Part shown: positions 54,272 through 64,000 of the stretch, one piece after another
Layout of the letters: each line of letters opens with the position of its first letter
Position numbering within the stretch: position 1 is the stretch's first letter
Notes under the pieces: model-generated
Seen by the model: only the letters and a program-made list of their open reading frames with translations
What the model was told of the DNA's origin: nothing
Databases searched by the model: none
Program-made: the position numbers and the translations under genes
Origin: Schmidtea polychroa
Lineage: Eukaryota
Assembly: GCA_044892525.1 (NCBI GenBank)
Contig: CM097885.1
Coordinates: forward strand, 40,984,001-41,048,000
Direction: 5' to 3'
DNA length: 64,000 nt

Positions 54272-54993
54272 CTTCTTGGAAGATCAAATTGAAATCGAAG
54301 AAAATCAAATTAAAGAATGTGGTAATCTGCTCAATTTGATATTTTCCGAAAACAATGGAATTCTCGACGAAAACTTTATTTTGATTTTCAGTTTTCTCAG
54401 TCGTAAAGGATATTTTCGATCGATAATAGGATTTATTCTGAAGCATTTCAAAGAGATCTCTGTGAAACCAAAATTATTCCAAATCCTAGACAAACAGAAA
54501 TCAATGAATATGACGGCTGTCGAAACCTGGATTAATTATTTGATGTTTCCGTTAATCTTTGCCGTCAAATGGCGAATCAAAGTCGAAGAATGGATTAAAT
54601 CTGAAGCGGAAAAGCAGGAATTGTATGGATCAACTGAAAGCATTGACGATGACTATGCCAACACGTCAATTATGAACATGTCACTGATGTCTGTTAGCAG
54701 CGAGTATAGCACCGAAGATCCGCATTCCCGTCAAACTAGATTATTTTTAAAACGCCTTATTTCATCTTGGTGCAATTCGGTTTATTTTAATGATTCTTTC
54801 TATCAATATTCTGTCAGTCACACTTCAATTACTTTTGCCAATAATGTTCTCATCAATTCGGTTCCAATTTATCTTATCATCCTCGCTATTGTTGAACCTT
54901 CGAAACAGAAGAGAAAATTTAGTATTGAATCAATTCTAAGTTACAGCAAAACCTTATTAGTTTTATACAAATTGAATTCAAATCCATCTTTGG
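54272..54993 (+). CDS. Unidentified gene, large exon C
   Basis: 722-nt open frame in very AT-rich DNA; tatag acceptor and gtaagc donor; helical-looking sequence with an acidic/Ser-rich linker. Confidence 0.8.
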
Positions 54994-55037
54994 GTAAGCA
55001 TTTATATTTATTTTCATTTCTTTAATTTTCTTTTCAG

Positions 55038-55111
55038 AACAAAAATCATTATTTTGTTTAAATACAATTGATACAATAAGCATTTTATCACTAAAGGGCG
55101 GGAGCCGATAA
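55038..55111 (+). CDS. Unidentified gene, exon D (possibly terminal or truncated by an insertion)
   Basis: 44-nt intron ending ttttcag; EQKSLFCLNTIDTISILSLKGGSR*. Confidence 0.45.
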
Positions 55112-56317
55112 AACGCAGTTTTTACAAATAAGCGGCGAAGACCGGAAAACGTGTAAAAACTTGTATTCGGCGAAAAGAAAATCTCTTGTTAGACTTTTTA
55201 CAATATAGGTACATGAACAAAATATTTCCACTTTTCGGCGTGGATTAACGTAAACTACCCGCAAACAATGTTAATATTAAAATTAAGATATTAATTTATA
55301 GTAGTAAAAGCAATGAAGATAAAAACAATTGAAAATGAAAATAAGTCAATAGTGATAAAGACAGAATATTTAAATTTATTTATTTAGCGGATAATATTAA
55401 TTAATTTTATTTTTCATTAAATGCTTTGTTGATGTCAAAATTAATCATTCTGTGATATATTAAAATTAATTGATGCTTCATTGAAAAAGAGATCATGAAA
55501 TTGTGAAATAACAAATTTTTATATATATTTCAATTTTCGAAATAAAAATTCTCAACAAAATGAAGTTGGTATCAAAACAAAATAAGTGCAAATTAATATG
55601 TGATAATCTGTCAACCGTGACCGACTTATTTTCCACAGCATTTCAAGCAAGAAAATAAATATAGAAATTAGTGTTTGGTTTTGTCAAGGTTATCTAAATT
55701 TTTTTAAGTTTTATTTTTAAAACATTTATGTTAATGATTTCTTAAAATTGTTCTAAATATTTTCTTCGTTAACTGACATGTTTAATTAGAAGTTAAAACT
55801 ATTTCATTGTAGGTCCAGTCTTTTACTTTTCAATTGTGTCAGAATCATCCTTTTCACAGTGAGGATGATTCTGACTTTGTCAAATAAAAAACAATTGCAA
55901 GGAACCAATTATTCACTATTAAATTATGACTCTTTCAACAAAAAAATTATTGATTATTCTTTAAATTTTGAAGAAATATTTATTTAAATATGTCAATAAT
56001 AAGTTAATTTTCATTCCAATAGTCATATGATATTTGAGGTCTCTCCAATTCCTTTTATTCAAATCTCGAAATGAGATAAACAAATATTTACAATCTCTCT
56101 GAGAATCCATTGAAAATCCCTAACATTCTATCTATAAATTTAAAGATATTTTTGAAAACAAAAAACAAATCATCATTTCAAATAACATTCATTTTAATAA
56201 GTTTATTTAAATTTTTGTTTAAAAAAAAAGTTAAATTTGTTTTTAAATTTATCACATAAATGAGATTTGGAGATTGGTTTTTATGATTAATATTTATTTT
56301 ATATTTATTTTTGGATT

Positions 56318-56380
56318 CTATGACTTTATCAATAACACCTCACAAATTACACGTTCCCAATAATTATTGAAATTTTATTA
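56318..56380 (-). repeat. Short fragment of the Penelope-like family at 40.1 kb
   Basis: tgactttatcaataacacctcacaaattacacgttcc closely matches 40080-40116. Confidence 0.7.
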
Positions 56381-57439
56381 AATTTTATTTGATTGGCGTT
56401 ATCTTATAAATAAATAATATAAATAATATAAATTATGAAAATAATAGAGATAATAGAAATATATTATATAAATAAATTACAAAATTACGTACCTAAGATA
56501 TAAGAAATCTGAACTATTACTTGTTTTTCCTTAGAAATATTCTCTACAATGCCCAAAAGTCATCAAAACAAAATGATTACAGGTTATTTATTATAATCAT
56601 CAAAGTATACCGATTTTGAAATTCTAAAAATAAAGACTGATGTCAAAAAACGACATTTATTGTGGAAATTTCTTGTTTTAATAATCGAAAGTAACACCGC
56701 AAAACATTTAAATTTCACAAATTACTAAAATTTATTAGATTTTTTTCTTTTATAAAAATAATAGGAAATGAAAATAATTTTTCTATAATATACAATTTAT
56801 TTTTTATTAACTATTTTTCATTTAAATAAATAGATTTTTATTTAATTTTTCTCAATGATAAATGAAGATTTTTATAAGTCGATGATTTTTATTGAAATTA
56901 TGAAATATACAATTTCACTTGTTTTACTTGTTGATATTGGACGAATTTTGATATAAATTTAATTTACATGGAAAATTATTAATATATAAACTGTACAAAT
57001 AATAGTTTTTGTTTAAAATATTCAAAATATGTTTTTATTTATTTATTTGTTGTGCTTTCGTTTTTATATAAAATTTCATTATTTTGTTTGGATAATAATT
57101 TGTAAATAGGAATTTGTAATTAGGAATAATTAAGTAATTAAAACTCGAATTCCAACAAAATTATTTTATTTGAAATAAAATTGAATACTCTTGACAATTT
57201 GACAATTGGTATTGATAGGAGTAGGTAGTAAGTAAGCCCAGGCAGCACGACCTTTCGTAATACCTCCCTCCCCTTCGTCTGGTTAATATGGGGGGGTGTC
57301 AAAAACATAAAATGAAACAACACGAAATGCAATAATTTTATTCTGAAATATTCCTTTAATTTTAATATTAAGTGTAACTGCGCCTATTGTTTTTATTAGG
57401 CTATCATTCACACACTTAACTTTTATACTGTTCTGTCTT

Positions 57440-58500
57440 AATTCTGATAACTGTCACTTTTCCAAGAAATCTCTTTGAATCACATTTATCTTTCCTGCAG
57501 TATCTAGTAAAATTTTGAAATTATTATTAGAAATACTAACTTCAATGCTAGGTCTATTCCCCCCCAAAGAATCAGCTAATCATTTTAGTGTACTGATATT
57601 TACCGACTTGTCGCAAATCCCATCATTGATGTCGAAAATTTCCTTGCTTGTGTCATTTAAAACATCTCACATTTGGGCATTCAGCTCCACGGTGTCCGAT
57701 TCTATACACGCCTAGCATCGAAAAACCTTTTCATCGTTATGATTATTCTCAAATCGAGTTTTGTTTCTCTAATCATTATTTTGATTGAAGTAATAACTTT
57801 TTTTATCTTTGTTTTGATAATAATCGACTCTATTTTGGTAATTATTTGAAATTTTATTGTTTCGATTGTTGTATTCTTCTTTTCTTTTATAATGGCTTAA
57901 ATCTTCTTTAATATGGTTTTTAGCTCATCTTATTCCACTTTGACCTAGGACCTTATCAGAATAAAGTTTCTTGTTGACTACTGCAACGTTTTTCACATTT
58001 TCATCGATTTCTTTAACAATCTTCTCATGCTTCATCATTCTATTTTTCATCATTCTATTTATTTCATTTATTTAACTTCTGCATCTTTAAATCTATCTTA
58101 ATATCTTTATTTTCAAGGGCATTAAATAATAAGAGATGCGTTAAATTTTCATCATCCAGTTTATGCTTAAAAATTTTATCAGCTTATTTTTCGATTTTCT
58201 ACCAAAATTCTTCTTGTTTATATTGTAGGGCTCCATGTAAAGGGCTCCCTGTACGTTTTCAATAATTAATTGGGGTTTCATAAAAGCTAATTTGAGTCTT
58301 TCTTCATATTGTCAGTCTCTTCATATTTCTTGAGTGTATTAATTGTCATAAATATTTTGACAAAGTTTTTATAAAATCGTTTTTCGATATTCAATAACTA
58401 GATAAAACTTCTCGATCTTTTCAATGAATTTCAGAAAAGCATCTTCAATGTCAAAAATATCTAGATTTTTTACCAAATTGTATATCGAGTATTAATTGTA
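57440..58500 (-). mobile_element. Degenerate Gypsy gag-protease fragment
   Basis: Two eroded CCHC knuckles (RC*AC..IGHRGAECPNVRCFK*HKQGNFRHQ*), then RPSIEVSISNNNFKILLDTAG (aspartic protease). Confidence 0.75.
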
Positions 58501-59108
58501 TACATTGGAATTAATTAAAGATTCGAGATTCAAATATTTATTCTTATTCACATTATTCAAACAATAGGATTATTTTACGCCAACAATATCTTTAGAAAGA
58601 AAACATCATTCTAATATCATTCTATTAATTTAAATTATATGATTATATTATAATTATGCTTACATTTAAGTTATTAATATAATATTTACAATTGTTATTT
58701 ACATACACAATATCTAAATTAGTTAATTAATTAAGTTAAGCTTTACTTAACTTATTCCTTACAACAAAATATAGTCTGAATTTGGTCAGATAGAATGTCC
58801 AAATTAATACATATTGAGGTTTCAATTTTTCAACTTCGATCACTTATATAAATCAATAAAAATAACACTGACTAAAATCTTTTGGTTCATTTAAACCTTA
58901 AAAACTGATTAATTTTCACCAAAAAGCTATACACTGAGAAACTTTCCAAATGCAGGTGTATGCTTTCAAATACTGATACCCAAGCTAGTTTAAGTACTGT
59001 CTACTTTATTTTAATTTTCTATTACTTGAGACCTAGAAATACAGGATTGAAAGTTTTCTCATTTAATTTAATACTTTGCATCAAAGGCTTTTCTTATCAT
59101 TAAATTGT

Positions 59109-59109
<1 letters not shown>

Positions 59110-59189
<80 letters not shown>

Positions 59190-59205
59190 TATTATTATAA
59201 TAATA

Positions 59206-59257
<52 letters not shown>
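59110..59257. repeat. Inverted microsatellite (AAT)n...(ATT)n
   Basis: An AAT tract switches to its reverse complement across a short AT spacer. Confidence 0.92.
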
Positions 59258-59259
<2 letters not shown>

Positions 59260-59709
59260 ATTGATGATTTCTTGGTAGCAGCATTTATTACTTAAAACAA
59301 TAAAATGATAATTTAAGCCTTTTGATGCAAATAATGTATTTAATGAAAAAATTTTGACTATAAGATAGTCCTTGTCAATATCCTGAAATTTAGCAATGTT
59401 CTTTCCAAAAATACCTTTCAATCTTTCTTTTATTTCCTTTCTCTTAATTCTCATTGGTTGTAAATATAATGAATTTTTTTATTAAATACTTTTAAAATAT
59501 TTCAAAATATTCTAAATAAAGCCTCCAATAACTACTTATATAAGCTATTTAAATATTTCAATAAATGTGTCAATTTTGATTTTTAAATCCTATTTTTTAA
59601 AATTTCCTATATTATTTTAATTATTACTTTTTAATTTATTATATATTTTTTTTAATTTCTTTATATATTGTCAGTTATTCTCAAGGTCAATGACAATAGA
59701 TCAAATTCA

Positions 59710-60040
59710 TGATTAATTGATTTCTTCTTTAGTGTTGATCTTTGGCTGTCTGTTTATGATGAGAATTGCTTCCTTGAATCTGACATTTTTCGTTTGGATG
59801 TTTCCATTAGCTATGATTTCTATTGAAATATTTTTTTTCCTCTGTTGGCTGACACTGCCGGAGATGTCTGCCTAACGAGGATGTTCCACCAGGATCTAGA
59901 TGTTCTTTAACTCTTTGGTGCAATGTCCTGAGGGTACTTCCAATATAGATTTCATTGCATACATTGCACGTGATGCAATAGACGATGTTTTTTCTAAAGC
60001 ACATATCTTTCGGTGTCTGGCAGTTTTTTATTTTTTTCAA
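59710..60040 (-). mobile_element. Penelope-like GIY-YIG endonuclease fragment (second family)
   Basis: CFRKNIVYCITCNVCNEIYIGSTLRTLHQRVKEH...RHLRQC; KEAILIINRQPKINTKEE. Confidence 0.88.
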
Positions 60041-61549
60041 GAAGATCTAGGGAATTAACACAAAAGAATCAGAAATATTTCTATCTGAATATCCCATTCT
60101 TCAGTGACATACTCGACTTCAAGATCCTGAAATAACTTAAACGTACCGGATAGCACATAAATCTTGGACATTGAGAAGGGCTCTGGCAGGCAACATAAAT
60201 AGAGAAAACAATGGCACAATGAAAAACTTTAAGCTTATTTTTAAGAGACAAAATTAAACGAATAAATTTACATCACCTAAATTTATAACAAAAATAAATG
60301 AATTAAAACAACCAACCAAACAAGTAAAGAAATGAAATTCCATAAAACAAATGAAATCACAACTAAATTAATGAACAACCAATTCGACCAAATTATAGTA
60401 GAAAATAGACAAATAAGAACAGGATTAGTAGGAATAAAAGAAAAATGCAGCAGACAAAATTATAATCGAAACCAAATATTATTTTTTTATTTTCCTTTTA
60501 TTTGACAACAGAAAAAAAATTAAAATCAAAACAAATAAATGTATTCTTTCTTTGTTTCTGTTCTCATTCTCTCAGACACATATTTATGAAGTATTTTTCG
60601 ATCTTGTAACATATATTTACAAATCAACATTGTGGTCACCAAAAAAGCTATATTTATTTTTATATTATTAACTCAATTAATTTGACATTAATTTGACATT
60701 TATTTATTTAACATTTCCGCTATCCAGAATGTTGATGTTGAGTAAAATATTCTATAAATATCATCAATCAACAAAAAATATTCTTGAAATTATTTATTAA
60801 ATTATTATATTAAATTATTATATTTTAATTTATATTAACTTAACACAAAATTATGAACCTATTAAATTATTAATTAGTATTAAATTTTGATTTCATTTTA
60901 TTCTTCGTCTAGTATTAAATATCAATGGGAAATTATTATAAAATGCAATATCAAATTTACCTGCATTTATTAATGCGACATTAAAGATTTTTATCCTTAT
61001 AAATTGATGAGTTGTGTTAATTAAAATATAATTTCTTGCAATATTATATTTCTCTTTAAAAAAAATTTATCCATTATTTATCATGTGAATAATTTACTTT
61101 TGTTTATAATTTCTTGGTAGGTACTTTGCGTTATATTTTCAAAAAATTTGAAATCAATTTAAACAAAATTGTTACAAAATTTTAATTAATACTTTATTTA
61201 ATTTCACGAGAAGACTAAATTTTGTAACTTGATACATTAAGGCTAATTTAAGGTTGCGAAAATTATTTGATTAAATAAATATTTTAAATTTTAGATAAAT
61301 GTATTTATTTTTATATAAAACTTAGATATAAGTCAAAAAGAATTTACTTTTAATTTATTACGTCACACGCGACGCTAAAAAAAGGTTATTCAAACTTGGT
61401 TTTATTTACTAATCTTTACAAATAAAATGTTAATTGGTTTTTATAACTTAATTTCAAATGACCATACTTAACAAAGGTCTACCTAAACGTAACGCGTCGT
61501 GCATTCGTTATTAGAGCGTTAAATTACTCTATTATTACAATTACAATAT

Positions 61550-62006
61550 TAATGATGATGATACCTTCAATAGCTCATTCGAAAGATCTTGCACTAAGCT
61601 TCAAAATAAGTGTTTGATTTATAAATTTGGATGATTGGAACGATAACTTTTAGGCAAACGAAAACCAGGGGCCCGCTAGATCACTAATAATATTTTGAAT
61701 AATAATAATTATATGACCTTGAAAATGATTTTTGGTAAAATGTTAATAACTTTGTCAATATTATTGATGATGATAATCTTTATACATCAGTAGATAGATC
61801 TTGCACTGGGCTTTAAGATGAGTTATCGTCCAATAAAATCTGTTGGCAGGAACATTAATATTTGGGATGAAAAAAAGTAGGGGCCCCCTGGATCAATTTT
61901 TAAAAAAAAATTTTTTTCCCCCGGGGGGGGGGGTATATGTGATCCAGAGGGCCCCTGATCTAGATGGCCCCCATCCATCTACTCAGTACCCTTGGGATAT
62001 ACCACT
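61550..62006. repeat. Internally duplicated MITE-like repeat with gggcccc motifs
   Basis: 61550-61690 resembles 61765-61895 (tgatgatgata...agatcttgcact...gggccc...gatca); inverted gtgatccagagggcccc; hAT-like end ataccacta. Confidence 0.45.
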
Positions 62007-62369
62007 AAAGTCTTGTTAATAACAACAATAATGCTACTAAATGTTTTGGGAACAAATGCAGGTCGATCTTTTCCAAAGTATGCAATAAAAAGGGTCCCAT
62101 TATTTGCAAGATGTACTTGTGAAAGTTTATGTTTTCTTTATCAAACTTTATATATTTATGAATTGTGAAAAAATACTACTGTACTACTTCTAGTAGTGGA
62201 ATACATTTTTTAAAACGCAATTAGTCAAATGTTCAATTTGCCTATGTTTAATTTAATGAATTTTGATGAATTTAATTTAATTTACTTGTACCTTAAGTTT
62301 AATTAAATAAATAAATTTAAAAATAATTGTCAATTTTACCACTTTATTAATGAAACACCAAGCATTAAA

Positions 62370-63535
62370 AACGAATCCGAAGAATTAGAAGCATCCATAG
62401 TGATAAGACAATCTTCTTCCCCGTAGGCATAGGCAATACATGTTGTAACAAAAAAGAATGGGTCTTTTAGTCTTAAACTCAAATACGATTCACGACACAT
62501 ATAATGAATGACCTACATGGTTAAACTAAAATTGACCTACGTAAAACTTAATACTAAATACCTGTGAGTCCCAAAAATAAATAAAAACTGTAATAATAAC
62601 ATCTTTCGCACTATCGAATACGTAAAAATGATTTTTGATTTACGAAATACAGTACAGTCATGTCTAGGCCACATCGATCAAGTGATCCTCAAATTATTTT
62701 ATCAACATTCATCTTTCAGAGAAAGATCTAACTGATAGATTACATATTTTACGATATTTTGATCGCATGTTGTCTCCTTGTTATTTTACCTTCCGATTTA
62801 ATTCATGATATTCACAACCCTGGTATACTCACTACTTGCACACTTCTCTACAACATATATTTTTCTATCATGCGGAAAGATGTCAAACAATAGTTTCAAG
62901 AATACATTCTATGCCAACTGACCACATATCAAACCATCTATAATCATATTCCAGGAGGGTAATCGGCTTTAAAGTCTTTCATATTGACTTAGTTGATCCA
63001 ATTCTCACATCATGGGATTTACATTTTTATGATGACCAACAACAAAACCAGATGACCCGAAACAGTTACAACGTTGCGATTCATCTAATATCTACTTGAC
63101 CTTCCCGATGCGTTATAATCAAAGAACAAAGGCGAGATTTTCAGTTTTTTGTTTCAAAATTTGAATTCAAACAATTACACAAAATAACGTATTACCCTCA
63201 GACAAATGGCACGATATGACATTTTCAACGCTCCTTAGAAATTATTCTTAGATGCTTATCAATCACTTCCAGATTCTACTTGGTTAGCGAAAACAAACCC
63301 ATACAGGAACTTATACTTGACCTGCTCAGATACTATTGGGAAAGGTACTGCATTTCCAACGGAGATCTTTACTAAATCTACTGATATTCCATTTCCAAGC
63401 TTAGACTCCACTAGAAAACGCATTTTATAAACAAATACAAATCAGTCATTTAACCCCATTTCCTGTTGCAAAATTTATATGGAATTGGCCTTAGAATGTA
63501 AACTCGCCTGGGTTCAACCGTGCAACATTCATTAT

Positions 63536-63596
<61 letters not shown>

Positions 63597-63895
63597 CGTT
63601 ATATTTTCAAAGGACCTATATAGGACCTATTTAACAAAAACCCTAACATAATTACAATATTATGAAATAATAAAACCATTACCTTCCATATAGAAAAGGT
63701 GAAACCCTGATACTTTTTCAGTGACATTGAACAAGAAATTAATACTAAAACATAAAAACCAAATTCCATTTTAGGAAACCCTACTTTCTATACTTTCTAC
63801 ACATCTATTTAAATTCTGTCAAAGTTAGATAATAAGATATTGAATTTGTTTGTTATTTAATTATTTTTATTATTTGTTTAATGAGGGAGGGGGCT
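62370..63895 (+). mobile_element. Heavily degenerate Gypsy pol (RT and integrase) with PPT
   Basis: VIRQSSSP*A*AIHVVTKKNGS; KTVIITSF...MIFDLRN; MRKDVK; HIDLVDP; YYPQTNG; gagggagggggg-like PPT at ~63883. Confidence 0.8.
63536..63592. repeat. (CA)n(TA)n compound microsatellite inside the Gypsy relic
   Basis: Direct reading. Confidence 0.95.
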
Positions 63896-64000
63896 ATATT
63901 AAGTGCATTCAAGTATAATTAAATTTATGATAAAGTTAAATTTTATAAATACTAATATTATATTAAATTATCTATTTTTAAAAATTACATCAATTTATAT

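Noticed and set aside
55851..55866. IRE-like CAGTG loop
   Set aside because: It lacks the 5-bp upper stem and bulged C geometry of an iron-responsive element.

Overview
Very AT-rich eukaryotic genomic DNA with short 44-56 nt introns, long (AAT)n/(AT)n tracts and dense transposon relics. This is consistent with an invertebrate such as a planarian, but the organism is an inference. The window holds one complete 8-exon host gene, a DENND11/LCHN-like DENN protein (+ strand, 7379-27446, 397 aa by manual splicing, ending in ...SKCC), and part of a second unidentified spliced gene (+ strand, 51121-55111). The rest is a mosaic of mobile DNA: three Ty3/Gypsy fragments plus a solo LTR with TSD, a full-length but dead Buster-type hAT, other hAT, Mutator, Zator-like and Tc1/mariner relics, Penelope-like elements, and several MITEs with TIRs/TSDs. 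The most notable items are: (i) a collapsed Maverick/Polinton (adintovirus-like) remnant with integrase-chromodomain, minor capsid, major capsid and protease pieces in ~0.95 kb; (ii) a cold-shock-domain fragment joined in frame to an intronless actin fragment; (iii) two ~0.95 kb TA-flanked TIR elements in opposite orientation, with their own TIR variants, shared splice signals and a shared palindrome; (iv) an AP-1/E-box/nuclear-receptor motif array upstream of the DENND11-like gene. All family assignments come from motif recognition by eye; no database search was run.
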